Below are positions 37,865 to 53,727 of a stretch of DNA of 64,000 nt, piece by piece. The position numbers and the translations under genes are program-made. Every line of letters begins with the position of its first letter. The first letter of the stretch is position 1. Source of the DNA: Gordius albopunctatus (lineage: Eukaryota); NCBI GenBank assembly GCA_964276515.1, contig OZ193909.1, positions 18,538,001 through 18,602,000 on the forward strand, in the 5' to 3' direction. The notes below the pieces were generated by a model. The model saw only the letters and a list, made by a program, of their open reading frames with translations. It made no database searches and was not told where the DNA came from.

Positions 37865-37963
37865 GTAAAGATAGAAAATGTAAAAAATATTTAGTATCCA
37901 GAGCAAATTTTATTTGCCAAATTTCTTACACGTCTCTGTTATAATAAAATTATGCTTCCCATC

Positions 37964-38089
37964 GATGGCCTTAACCAGCCTTGAAATGAGAGGGTAGGCA
38001 ATAATGATTTAGGTATGGGCAAAATGTTATTAATTTTAAAATTTTAGCCGTAATTTTAATGTTGGTACCTCCCCTTGGCTACGCCCATG
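37964..38089. mobile_element. hAT-type MITE, CATGGG family
   Basis: Right TIR GGCTACGCCCATG; TSD TTCCCATC/TACCCATC. Confidence 0.75.
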
Positions 38090-38212
38090 TACCCATCTAA
38101 CAAAAGTCATAATTTTGAAATAGGCCGCCAACAACCAACATTATGGGTTAGGTTACAAAAGGCATCACCACAGAGAAGGTAAGGTCGTTATAAAAATCGA
38201 CGAAGTACATAC

Positions 38213-38611
38213 CAGAGGTGAGATTTGTTAGAATTTTTCTGCCCGAACCAGGCCCGGCCCGATTTTATAATTAATCTGCCCGCCCGAACCCTTATTTGTG
38301 TCCGCCCGGCAATGCCCGAATTATCCGAGTTGCCCGGCCCGAAATGATGTGTTTTAAAATTTTTAGCACTAATATCGTTATATTTTTTAAAAATTTTATC
38401 TTAATTTTTGATTTTTTTGAATGAAAACTAGGATTAACAAACATTATGAAATCGATTAAAAATTGGCAAAATATACAAAAAACAATATAATACATTATTT
38501 AAAAACAAAATTGAGCCGGAATTGCCCGAATCTTGTTATGGTGCTCGCCCGGACCCGGCCGAAAGTTAAAATTTATGACAGTTGCCCCACGCCGGGCAAA
38601 TCTGGTCTCTG
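38213..38611. mobile_element. hAT-type MITE, CAGAG family
   Basis: CAGAGGTGAGATTT...AAATCTGGTCTCTG; perfect TSD GTACATAC. Confidence 0.88.
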
Positions 38612-39013
38612 GTACATACTACATACGTTAGGTAATTTAGGCGTTAACATAGACTGCTCATTTCATGTTTCAAATGGTATGTGTACAAACAGAAAACGTA
38701 AATTTACCTTCCACATTGATTAATAAATAGGAATATCAAATAAAATGCAGATGGCACTAAATTGTTTTAACATAACATCATCACGGTATTTTTATCTTTT
38801 ATTTATATGAATTTTTGAAATGTTGTTTTTAATGTTTAAATATTCAAAAAAAATTCCATCACGTTTTAAAAACCACTATTATCCATATAGCCTTTCCTTA
38901 CTTGTGCACATTTAAAAATGGATGAATAAATGCTAGACTTATTTAACGTGATAAGCAGTCCATCTAGTCTATGGACGTAAACGAATTTTATTTTCAACAT
39001 TTGACGAGTCGGG

Positions 39014-42345
<3,332 letters not shown>

Positions 42346-43302
42346 ATCAAATATTGAAAAAATTATATTTTTAAAAGCCTCGGTGAAAAGCTCGTAAGAG
42401 GATTTGAGATAGAGGTTTATATCTTATCTTTATCTCTTTGGATTAACGCATAGGCAGGGATAATAGGACAAAGGCAGGCGCGAAGCTAAGAGAGGTAAGG
42501 GGTATCCCCATCCCTCGGCATTAGGATTTTTTTATATTCACTATGAATATATTTTATTTAAAAATAAAAAATTTTTGGAGTCATAAAAACTTGGAGCTCT
42601 TTAAATCTCCAAAAGTTCTCTGTCCATTTTTTTAATTTTTATATCAATAAATTTTAATATATTATTCTTACTTATTCGTTTACTAATTCGGCATAAAAAT
42701 TTTAAAACTACAAATAGATTCGTTTGTTGCAATTTATTTCTATTCCTCGATCTTAAAAGCTTGCCCTAACATTTTTCGATCTATAAGGACACCATATAAT
42801 AATTTTTTACAAATTTATAGGGTATTATTACGTGTTAAAAAATTTCTACTGCCCGTTTTAAGAAAGTAAAGGTGTGAAATTGTCTCTATATTTTTTTGCA
42901 AAGCGTTTTATATTCTATTACTTTACCCGTTTCCTGGCAATCTTTCTATTAGTGATGCGGAAAAACCGAGAAAAATGTAATCAAGATCGAGACGAGAATT
43001 TTGATGTCGAGACGAGACGATACGAGATTTTTTCGGCGAGATCTCGACTTTTTTATTGTTAGATTTTAGTAAATTATTGTGTATTTTAATTTGCATGATT
43101 TACATTTAAGGTATTAAGCGTAAATCAATATGTATGGAATATATTTGACATTAAAAGAATTCTGTAAATATTCTATTTTTTGCAACATTTACCTAAGTAT
43201 GGTTGACCCTTAGGGTATGTGAATAATTTTATAATATCTTTATCACATATTTAAATCCATAGCATTATTAAATATTACAAAATTATAGGCTTAGAATGAG
43301 TT

Positions 43303-44281
43303 TTTCGAGAGAGTTTTATTAATTATCCAAATACAAGAGCAAGTGTTTTTTGAGAAAAATAAGTGCGTTTATATAATCGCGCATTAATTGAATAAACAAT
43401 TAAATTTAGTGTTGAGTCCTCGAGGTGTTTGTGATTGGTCAATTAACGTCGCGAGGTAATGGACGCAACGCTACAAATAGTCTCCTTCGTAGACGTGGAG
43501 CGTTACTTAAAATTGAAAAATTTTTTTGGTTGATGTAAAGTATGTGTAAAGGATGTTCGTACTACCAGCCAGTTTTGTCTCCGCCTGCCGTGGTTGTTAG
43601 TGAGGTGACCGAGGTGTGAGTTGCGTGTATGTTGTTGTGATGCTATCCAATATATTAATAAGATCCATGCCGCGGGCAGAGGTATCTATAGTGGAATTGC
43701 AATCGGTCATCAACTAAACCGGTAAGCGGTGGTGAGAACGTTGGTAGTAGGTGTCATTGTTTTGCCGAACGTAGTCTTTGCTCGTTGCAAGAGGCCATGT
43801 AGTGTTGATGTTGAGATGGGTTTTATGATTAGGGCCATGCGCAGCAGTGGACGGGCGTTCGGCAGACGTTGTTGTTGTCTATATAGAGGTGTAGTAGAAC
43901 ATGATGTTTTTCTTTGTAGAAACACACAGGTAGGTAGGCAACTTGTCACAGCAGTCGGACACGTATTGCTAGAGGTGTTAAGAGGTTGAAGTTTTGTTGC
44001 AGCTCGATCGTAGATGCTGGATTGCCAAAAATAGTGCCTAATATTTAAGGGCGTATTCAGGGGGAGTTTTTAAAAAAAATATATGGCTCCCCCGAACGGG
44101 GTCACCAATTTCGAGAGAGTTTTTTTAATTATCCAAATACAAGAGCAAGTGTTTTTTGAGAAAAATAAGTGCGTTTATATAATCGCGCATTAATTGAATA
44201 AACAATTAAATTTAGTGTTGAGTCCACGAGGTGTTTGTGATTGGTCAATTAACGTCGCGAGGTAATGGACGCTAAGCTACA
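43303..44281 (-). mobile_element. Non-autonomous miniature LTR retrotransposon (TRIM-like), 979 bp
   Basis: Two 173-bp LTRs (43303-43475, 44109-44281; 4 mismatches seen); tRNA-Trp PBS TGGTGACCCCG (44097-44107); purine-rich GAAGGAGAC before the 3' LTR; 4-bp TSD AGTT (43299-43302, 44282-44285); no recognisable retro protein inside. Confidence 0.93.
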
Positions 44282-44398
44282 AGTTCTGATTGAATAGTAA
44301 ATATAAACAAATCATATTTATATTTCGCAGTTACTCATCCTGCATAATGCGGTAATTATAAATTAGTAGTCAATCAGTTTGAATAATTAAACTAGCTA

Positions 44399-47300
44399 CG
44401 ACGGTCCCAAGTCCGTGTGCAAAAAGTGGAGGGTTGGCGTCAGGTCGGAAACCGGCTATAAAAATCAACTCCAAAATTTATGATAGTTTCAAACGAGACT
44501 TTACAAGAAAAGGCTAGGGCGTCCTCCACAAACGACGCGCACTGCATACCCCGCCCGTGCAATGTGAAAAATACACTAGGGTTACTGCCCAACTCACAAC
44601 GAAGGCGGTTAAGGAAACTAGTTGTGGAAAGAATGCGAATTACGTGCTGGAATGTGGGAACGTTGACGGGGAAGAGCATCGAGGTCGCACAGATGTTAAA
44701 AAGAAGAAAGGTACACATCGCCTGCCTACAAGAGACGAGGTGGAACGGAACGAAAGCTCGGGAATTAGGAGAAGGATACAAGCTTTTCTACAGTGGGTCA
44801 CCAAATCGTAGAAACGGGGTCGGTATCGTTCTAAGTGAATCGTTCAAGGACAAGGTGGTGGAAGTCAAACGTTGTTCCGACAGGCTAATGTGGGTGAAGA
44901 TTGCAGATCAAGGGGGCCTCCTAACCGTTATGTGCGCGTATGCTCCCCAAATTGGGTGTTCGGAATCAGAGAAAGACATATTCTTCGAATCATTGGAAAA
45001 GGAAATACAAGGAATCCGACAGGAAGAAAGGCTAATTATTGGGGCCGATTTCAACGCTCACGTAGGGAAAGATCGCCTCGGGTATGAACGCAATCATGGA
45101 GGCTATGGGCATGGTCTGAAGAACAAAGAAGGGGAAAAACTTCTCCAAGTATCCCAAGCATATGACATGGCGATCGTTAACACCTATTTTCAAAAGCGCG
45201 AAGATCATATTGTGACCTATAGAAGTGGGAAGCATTTTAGTCAAATCGACTATTTGCTTATACGGCGAAAGGACTTATGGAGTATCAAAGATTGCAAAGT
45301 AATACCGGGAGAAGAAATCGCCAGGCAACATCGTCCCCTTGTTATGGATCTTGACAGAAGAGTATTTCCCGAAAGAAGAAAGGTATATGAACCTCGAATT
45401 CGATACGAAAGGCTAAAGAATACGTCGACGAACGAAGAATACCATCAAAAAGCCTCCTCACTCTTGGGTGCAAGGAAGTTGCAAAGGGACGTAGACGAAG
45501 ATTGGGAAACGCTATCTAAGGACATTAAGGAAACAGCGATTCGTGTTCTAGGACAGACCAAAGGAGGCAAAGCTATGAATAGGGAACTATGGTGGTGGGA
45601 TCAATCGGTTAAAGATTGCATCGAAATAAAGAAAAATCTATATAGACGGTGGCATAAATCAAAAAAGTCGGAGGATTATCAAGAGTACAGGGACGCAAAG
45701 AGGGCCGCAAAAAAGGCCGTTGCAAAAGCGAAGAATGCTGCGTACACCGAGATGGCAAACAAACTGGATCATAAAGGGGGCGATAGGCTTATGTACAAAT
45801 TGGCCAAGATAAGGGAGAAGAAAAGTCGAGATGTCGGAGTTCTTAAAATAGTCAAAAGCGAGAAGGGTCAAACCTTATTCAAGCCGAAGGAAGTGATGGA
45901 AAGGTGGAAAGGATATTTTAAGAAACTTATGAATATTGCAAATGACAAGGATTCCCTTCCCGAAATTGAGCCAAATATAAGTATGGTCGAACTCTTTCAG
46001 AAGGATGAAGTTAGGACACAAATGAACAAGATGCAAAAAGGAAAAGCAAATGGCCCAGATGGAATACCTATGGAAGCATTGCTCGGATGTCGTGAAGAAG
46101 GAGTCACCACCATGACGAACCTCCTTAACAAGATATTGGTAGAAGAGCGAATCCCTAATCAATGGAGAGCAAGCACGATTATACCTTTATTCAAAGGGAA
46201 AGGAGACCCTCAGGACTGCGGCAATTACAGAGGTATCAAGCTAACTTGCCACTCCTTGAAGCTTTTGGAAAGGATCTTAGTAACAAGGCTGAAAAACGAG
46301 GTGGAAATATCGGCTAATCAATTCGGATTCGTGGCCGGCAAATCCACAATCGACCCAATCTTCGCCCTAAGACAAATGATGGATAAGTATGGTGAAAAGA
46401 GGAAAGACCTACATATGGTTTTTATCGACTTGGAGAAAGCTTATGACACGGTCCCCCGCGATTTAATTTGGTGGTGCCTGAGGAAACAAAATATCCCTGA
46501 CGCATATATACGGCTTATGAAAAATATCTATGAAGCCTCAAACTCTTGCGTTAGGACGACAGTTGGAGACTCTAAACCTTTTCGGGTTAATATTGGATTA
46601 CATCAAGGCTCTGCTTTAAGTCCCTTTTTATTTAATATAATTATAGACACGATAACGAGGGACTTTCAAAAGCCATCGCCATGGTGTATGCTATATGCCG
46701 ATGATATAGTACTATGCGAGGAAACAAGGGAGAAGGTATTCGAAGAAGCAGAAAAGTGGTCAAAGCGCTTAGCTGGATATGGTTTAAAGGTCAATGATCG
46801 AAAAACGGTATACATGGAAATGAACGGTACAAGCACCCCATCGCTGGATGACCACCTAAAGTACCCAAAAGTAGACAGGTTTAATTACCTCGGCTCTATG
46901 CTACATCAAGAGGGAGGTTGCGCAACTGAAATCAATGCCCGGATTCAAAAAGGATGGCTTAAATGGCGAAGTATATCCGGTGTAATGTGCGACAAGAAAA
47001 TGCCAATATGGTTGAAGAGCAAAGCTTACAAATCCATCGTAAGACCGGTGTTACTCTATGGAAGTGAAACATGGGCGTTAAACACCACGGAAGGAAAGCT
47101 ATTACAAGCCACGGAGATGAGAATGATACGGTGGAGCTTGGGGTATACTAAGCTCGACCATATGACGAATGACTTTCTCATGACAAAAATGGGTATTCAA
47201 CCTATGGCGGACATGATTAACGAAAATCGGCTAAGGTGGTATGGGCATATACTAAGAAGGGACCCGGATGACGTAAATCGAAAAGTGCTAGACATGAAAA

Positions 47301-47475
47301 TACCGGGGAAGAGAGGAAGAGGACGACCCCGTGTCACGTGGAAAAGGCAAGTCGATAAAGTTATGGAAACTAAAGAGATTCGTCAAGACATAGCACTAAC
47401 CCGGTCAAGATGGAAGAGACTCATCAAAACAAACCCCACCAATGTGGGACCAAATAACTGATAAAGAAGAAGAAG
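44399..47475 (+). mobile_element. RTE-clade LINE, near full length
   Basis: RTE-type 5' UTR motif ACGGTCCCAAG...GGAGGGTTGG, single EN-RT ORF, very short 3' UTR with an (AAG)4 tail; possible AGCTA TSD. Confidence 0.95.
44480..47461 (+). CDS. APE endonuclease-reverse transcriptase of the RTE element
   Basis: 993-aa uninterrupted ORF: WNVGTL, CLQETRW, YAPQ, GADFNAHVG, SQIDY; RT NYRGIKL, FIDLEKAYD, GLHQGSALSPFLF, LYADD, FNYLGS, RLRWYGH, GKRGRGRP. Confidence 0.97.
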   Translation: MIVSNETLQEKARASSTNDAHCIPRPCNVKNTLGLLPNSQRRRLRKLVVERMRITCWNVGTLTGKSIEVAQMLKRRKVHIACLQETRWNGTKARELGEGYKLFYSGSPNRRNGVGIVLSESFKDKVVEVKRCSDRLMWVKIADQGGLLTVMCAYAPQIGCSESEKDIFFESLEKEIQGIRQEERLIIGADFNAHVGKDRLGYERNHGGYGHGLKNKEGEKLLQVSQAYDMAIVNTYFQKREDHIVTYRSGKHFSQIDYLLIRRKDLWSIKDCKVIPGEEIARQHRPLVMDLDRRVFPERRKVYEPRIRYERLKNTSTNEEYHQKASSLLGARKLQRDVDEDWETLSKDIKETAIRVLGQTKGGKAMNRELWWWDQSVKDCIEIKKNLYRRWHKSKKSEDYQEYRDAKRAAKKAVAKAKNAAYTEMANKLDHKGGDRLMYKLAKIREKKSRDVGVLKIVKSEKGQTLFKPKEVMERWKGYFKKLMNIANDKDSLPEIEPNISMVELFQKDEVRTQMNKMQKGKANGPDGIPMEALLGCREEGVTTMTNLLNKILVEERIPNQWRASTIIPLFKGKGDPQDCGNYRGIKLTCHSLKLLERILVTRLKNEVEISANQFGFVAGKSTIDPIFALRQMMDKYGEKRKDLHMVFIDLEKAYDTVPRDLIWWCLRKQNIPDAYIRLMKNIYEASNSCVRTTVGDSKPFRVNIGLHQGSALSPFLFNIIIDTITRDFQKPSPWCMLYADDIVLCEETREKVFEEAEKWSKRLAGYGLKVNDRKTVYMEMNGTSTPSLDDHLKYPKVDRFNYLGSMLHQEGGCATEINARIQKGWLKWRSISGVMCDKKMPIWLKSKAYKSIVRPVLLYGSETWALNTTEGKLLQATEMRMIRWSLGYTKLDHMTNDFLMTKMGIQPMADMINENRLRWYGHILRRDPDDVNRKVLDMKIPGKRGRGRPRVTWKRQVDKVMETKEIRQDIALTRSRWKRLIKTNPTNVGPNN

Positions 47476-48599
47476 CTAAGGTGGCTCGAGATTTTTGAGC
47501 ACCCGCCTAACGATTTCAAAAGTACAATAGAGTATTTAATGACACTGTAATAGATTAAATCTAAAGCATGAGTTTTCTAGAGGTTCTTATGCTTCAACTA
47601 TATTCGATAAATAAATATTTAATGTCAAAGTTAGTTAGAATTGGAAGATAATTATTTGGAGTATAAATTTGATTTTAATGATTTTTGTCATATATTTAAA
47701 TACGTGCAATTTAAAGTTTAAAACTTTATATTCTTAATCCTATAATAACGCTGCTTTTATTGTTGTTTCTACACGTTTTATATGTGCATCTAGTTACGAA
47801 TTCTGTAAATAATAAAATTGCATAACAATTAATATTATTATTAAAAGTCACTCGCACTTGTGGTTTATAACGCTATAGTAAACATGCAATAAACACTATG
47901 GGCTATAATTAATGATGGTACTAATGGACTTAAATGTTTGCCTTAAATATGTTAAGGTCTACTTTGAAGCTTTAGCCAGGGTTAATAAAGGGTCTCAATT
48001 TGCTAAATTGTGCAATTAGGTCAACTATAACTGATTTATTATTATCAAAGTCTATATAGTTGACAAACACAGTGATTTAATACAAATGTTATAATTTGTG
48101 AGAACAATAAAATTAAATTTTTTATACTTCAAATTTATTTATAATTTTTTAGTCTTCACTTTCCATAGAAAATGTTATTTTTTTGAATGAATTTATATCT
48201 TTATATTGACAATGAGATGTCGTGTCCAGCTAAATCTTTAAAAAGTTTGTGTATTTAAATTTATCAGAAAATATAAAAATTTGCCATTTTAATTTGTTAA
48301 CACTTATTTAAAATTTTTAAGAAAACAGGAGAAATTTTTATTCCGTATATATTTTTTTTAAAAAGTCGAGACGAGATCGAAACACTAATGCCTATCATTG
48401 TAATATTTTTGTAATGCATATTCCTAAAAAATTATACTGTGTATGAATATTGATACCCATCGTCTTTTATTGAAAATAAGTATATAAATATTTATAAAGT
48501 TAATATACATTCTTAAAAGTATTTTCCCATGAAAGCTATATCTCTCCATTATCTTTCTTGCAATAAATGACGCTAAAAAAACACTGACCCTTTAAATCG

Positions 48600-50600
48600 T
48601 TTCATCAGCCAATTTATGATATCCACGATTTTACGAATCAACTCAACTGGTTTTGCAAGTGCTGACTGTTGAGCAGAAAAAAGGAGAATATGGCAAGCCT
48701 AATAACACCTTGCAGCCAACTTTATCTAAGTGTCGTCTTGCGTTTGATGCTAGAAAAAATCCTTATCATTATCTTTTTGCGTATCTGGGTCGTTTGTATG
48801 TTATAACATAACTTAATCTAGTATCTTTTTTGTAAATATTTATTGTCAGGTTAAGTTTTAAGTATTTATAGTGTTACCAAAGATTAATAGACTGCTCACA
48901 TATATTCACGCATCTAAAGTATTGCTAAAAGCGACCGCCACATATAAAATCTACTGAGACTTTTTAGGGCGATGGATTATATTGGTCAATAACCATTAAT
49001 ATTATAACATGTAACAACCCATTTTAATCATTATAGCGATTTCAAGAATTCTTTAAACCATATAAATTGAGCAGAATTCATTTTAGAAAATAAGTGCAAT
49101 TGTAAATGGTGTTATAAAGGTCAAATTTATTAAGAATATTTTTAATATCTATCACTGTATTTTGGTTATCAAGTTAATAAAACTCTAAATAACCTACATT
49201 TTCATACCAAAATACATATAAAGGGCATGGTTGACATGGACTGGACACTCTTTTCCTATGAGTATAACTCAATTCTGATCTTACTAGTGATGTTATGCGG
49301 CGCGCCATTTTACACCCACGTCTTAATATAAAGAAAGAGACTAAGCCACACCCTTATAAAGGTCCATCGTAATACGCGCTTCTTGCCTAGTGTAAGATCC
49401 TTTTTTTACTAATCCCCTCCCCCATAGTCCTAAATTGTAGAAAATAGAACCGCCACATGTGCCATTACATTATTCACATTAACCATCACATTGATGAAAC
49501 AAATAAGGCATGAGGGGGTAAATAAAATCAGTGGCGTAAAGGAGGGGGAGGGGGGACGGGAAATTCCTGAGAAGTTTTTTGATTAATAACTAAATTAAAT
49601 GGGTTAAAATATTATAGTTTAGTTACATCAAAGACTTTGAGACACTTATAAAAACTTAGAAACATAAGAAGGATTTTTTGAAGGAGGGGGTTATAAAATT
49701 TTCATGGTTAAATTTTTTTGTAACTATTTTTTTGGATAAAAATATTTTTTTTTGAAATCGAATGTTTGTTGTGCTTTTACTTGTTACAGATAAAAATTAG
49801 TTGAAAGATAAAAATAATTTATAATTTGTGTAATAATTACGAGGGCTTAAGAACATTATATTTTTGGAGGGGCATAACAAAAACACCAAGCTTAGATACA
49901 ATTTATTTGATATTGTAACCCTCCCTTCCCCTTATACCTCCCCCTCCCCAAAAAAAAAATATACAACCCTGCGTACGGCCCTGGCTTAATTGTTATAATA
50001 AAAGTTGAATTTCCTGTCCGGTAATCGTTTCGTATTAGCTTAGCAAAGTCTTTAATTTAATATTAGTACACTTTATAGATAGGAAGATAGCTTAGAGATT
50101 AACAAGTTTGACTTCACTGCAGGCACAACAACAGCACACATCGTGTTGATGATGATGACAATAACAACTAGCTAATAACACCCCCTTAGCATATATCAAT
50201 GGGTCCATCGGGTCCTTATGGAAAAATAATAGACTAGCTAATGGTCGGTACCACACTCAATGTCTTCACCAGAAAAGGAGACTAACAGTGTGGGTGTGGC
50301 TCTTTTTCTTAAGACTATAATGCCCCCTCATAGCGCGCCCATCACAACACTGGATCTTACCATATATAGAGAATTAACTTTATTAGGTATTTATTTTTGA
50401 CACTTGGTTCATGTTAGGATTACCGAACCCATTTTCATTTCAATTTACAATTGGATGAAAAATCCTTTCCATTTTGTCTCTGAAACAGAAATACGAACAT
50501 GATGAACCGATGATTAATGCCTTGTTCGGTCAATTCATCTGGTACCCAATTCCTAGCTTCTGTGCCAATACCATTACATGTCGACGTTTCAGAATTTTCG
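48600..50600 (-). pseudogene. Fossil mariner transposase interrupted by later MITE insertions
   Basis: Minus-strand remnants in the correct order: WVPDELT and (E)KWV (about 50420-50560); KRPRYAKR..FL..NARRH, VL..LPYSP and RGYHKL (about 48610-48800). Many stops and frameshifts. Confidence 0.7.
49285..50352. mobile_element. hAT-type non-autonomous element, probably with a nested G/C-tract MITE
   Basis: TAGTGATGTTATGCGGCGCGC...GCGCGCCCATCACAACACTG; perfect TSD GATCTTAC. Confidence 0.85.
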
Positions 50601-51101
50601 CTTAAATTATATTTTAGAATTTTAAAAGTTTTTAGAGTGTTTGAGTTGTTTCTGTCTGATTAATACCTTACTAAAAATTGTTCAGTTAAGAACTTAAGTC
50701 GCACTATTGCACGAATATAAACATAAAAAATACATACATACCAAATTCAATTTTTTAACCATCGCGCGAAAAGTACAAAATGATTTGTTTCTTATTTTCA
50801 CTATGAACGCCTTCTATTTACAATTGTTATTTTCGTGATATATGATAAATTTCACGATGAATATAAAGATATTAATAAAAAGAATAAAGAGTTTGATAAA
50901 TTAGCCCAAAAATTTACTTCGCATTTTTTCGCTTCGCGCGTCATCATGAAAGCCCCTTTACACGTTTAAAATAACGATTTAGATAGAACATGCTCTCCTT
51001 AGGTTTCTAAAGTAATCGATCTTCTTCAAATATTTTTTTATAACTAAATCACTTCAGCAAATGCATTTTTTGGAGTGACTTCTACTTTATTTTATATGAA
51101 A

Positions 51102-51400
51102 CTAGATGAACCCGGCAAACGTTGTTTTACCATTTACCCGGGTGTATTAAATTATGTTGGAATTTTAGGGCATATATGATGATAAGGCGGTTATTGAAGT
51201 AAAAAAAGTTTGGTGTCTATATGTTCTACTTCTATTGTTCTATTTCCGTATAGAGTGCAACGCGTACGAATACTCAAAAACTACTAGAACGATTTGGATA
51301 AAGCATATCTTAAAACATGCTCCGGAGTGTCAGAAATAAACTGTGAAATTTTGAGCCAAATCGGTTTGGTAGTTTTATAGTTTCATTTTTATATATAAGA
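51102..51400 (-). mobile_element. Non-autonomous Helitron
   Basis: Minus strand A|TC...CTAG|T with a subterminal hairpin GGTAAAACAACGTTTGCC about 12 nt from the 3' end; no TSD. Confidence 0.8.
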
Positions 51401-51457
51401 TTATGCTGATAGGCAAAAAACTTTCATCATAATAGGAATTTGAAAGCTTGTTTTACA

Positions 51458-51767
51458 CATAGACTAATAAAACCATAGACTGCCAAACAGCTGAATTTTA
51501 CTATTAAAATAATTCAGACATTACTATAGCTGCCATTTTAAAGGAAAAACTCAACCAAATATATATTTATACTCCTCCACCATATATTATTTAAGAAAAT
51601 AAATAAGACTATTAGCTTAATCTATAAATTTTAAAAAAAATATGCATAATAAGAGACAATAAATAATGTTGACTTCTATTGTTTGTTACAATTTTCCACA
51701 AAATGGCGGTTTCTATACTTGATCAAAATATCAGCTGTTCTGCAGTCTATTGTTTTATTAGTCTATG
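51458..51767. mobile_element. hAT-type MITE, CATAGACTAATA family
   Basis: TIRs; TSD GTTTTACA/GTTTTACG; homologous to 17477-17783. Confidence 0.87.
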
Positions 51768-53727
51768 GTTTTACGTTAATAAACAACGATAAGAATCAAT
51801 TTTCTTACACAGTGTTTTGTATAAGCACTTACTAATGGCATAATCAACAATACGCTCAAATTAATTTATTTACATAGATACTACCTTCAATTTTTATACA
51901 TGAAGAATGCTTATATTAATGTATATGTATTTTCCTAGTCTATGGTATTTTCCTATAACTTATAACCCTTTAAATTAATACATTCAGTAAATTAAGTTCT
52001 TAGTAATTATATTAAGCTATATCAATAGATGATTTAACCAATACAAAATTTTGGCACTTAATTTGAAATGTAGTGATCAAAGATAAATAAGCCTTTTTTT
52101 ATTATTTATTGTATAACTAAATATCAATTTAATATTAAAGAAACATTATTAACTTCTTCAAATTCGGTTTTAAAATAAATCAATAGGTATATAATAATCA
52201 AATGTTTAATTAAAATAAATGATTGTTATGATTTATCGATGAAGAAGTGTGTTCCGCTTTGATTAATATCTCACCATATTAAACATAGCGATTATTTAAT
52301 TAACAATACTAAATTGAGTTATATTCTATATGCTATATATCTTAATTACACGAATATTACAACTGATTAGTAATTTGCGCCAACATATAGTCGAACATTA
52401 AAATCAGCTTTATAATAAATCGTATTTTGTTAAATTCAATATTAGTTACCTAGCTAGCATCTTTAACGATTTAGACGCTATTTTTAAATGAATTATATAG
52501 ATGTTATATAACAGAAAATGTTTTGGATGTTATTTAATATAATGGATGTCTATGCTATATTACATTGCCATTTAGAGATATTAAACGCTTTTTTCTCTTT
52601 ATTTAATATTCTTGGTGTGGCCTTAATAAAATTAATGTACAGTCCGTTCTACAATTTATTTTTTGATAAAAACGTCATGCTATTTGATTCTTATATATTT
52701 CAATTATCAAATGACAATTTTGTAAATTGAAAATACAGCGACCACCTAAAACGATTCTAATTTACGATTGTTTAACAACCATTATATAATCTGATATACG
52801 TGATATTTAGCTAATAAAATGTTCATAAATCTCGGATGATGTTATAAATTAGTTGATTTAACGGGCGGACTAAGGAGGATTTTATCCACTACATTGATAA
52901 TAAATTTAGGTATTGACAGTTTTGAAAGATTTATTAATGAATCATAAATTCTGTTCTTAACTATGCTGACCAAATTTGTCGTAATTTGATTTGAAATAAA
53001 ACATAAAATTAAAGTTAACTCTTTGTATTTTAACAAAGTTATTGAAAAATTGCATTATTAAATATGTTTTTTAATTTATAATTTGAAAATTGTTAGTTAC
53101 TCAAAAACTTAATAAAAGCTATAAAGATTGAAAATTATGGTGTGAAAATAAGGTTGTGACTTACCATTATTTGCCTATTATAAACTATAATCACAATTAT
53201 TTTTATCTCAAATAATTGGTTTGTCACTGTACTTTTTGTTAGAACATGCAGCTTATGATAACGAAATGATATTTATAAAGTAATTGTAGGTAAAACAATT
53301 TGCAGTTGAACGTTTTTATTTGTTCATATTTTCATCATCATGCTTTTTATTTTAGCAAGCTCAATTTCTACTTTAATAAAAAGCTCCATAGGATGGGTTG
53401 TTTAACTAATATAATTATAACCAAGCCCATTAAATTAATTTCCTACTAGTCAGTTTTCTGATAAGTTAACTAGAATTTTTCGATTTTTAAAGCCTAAGAA
53501 TTTTTCTAACATTTCTTACCATTTACATACAAAATAACTGATTCGTTAGCAAAAGGCAATGACTACATTCCTAATTTATGTAGTCAAATGGAATGGAAGC
53601 AGGAAGATGCAGCTCCCTCTTAACAACTCTTCCCAAATCTTTAGCAATATTTTGAAGATTTTACATTATGATGTTTTTACAGACCATCTAATTAAAATCT
53701 ATGCTCGTAACTTATTTATCTTTCTAG

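Larger units (their letters stand above)
42950..48387. mobile_element. Probable old hAT-type MITE (TAGTG...CACTA, CGAGAC repeats) that hosts the TRIM and the RTE
   Basis: TAGTGATGCG at 42950 and GATCGAAACACTA ending at 48387; CGAGAC repeats at both ends; TSD only 5/8 (CTTTCTAT/ATGCCTAT). Confidence 0.5.

Noticed and set aside
43710..43989. Protein-coding ORFs inside the TRIM
   Set aside because: Non-ATG starts on both strands and no recognisable motifs; not called as CDS.
48590..48615. Hammerhead ribozyme core (CTGATGA on the minus strand)
   Set aside because: No stem II or properly placed GAAA; the region is explained by the mariner fossil.
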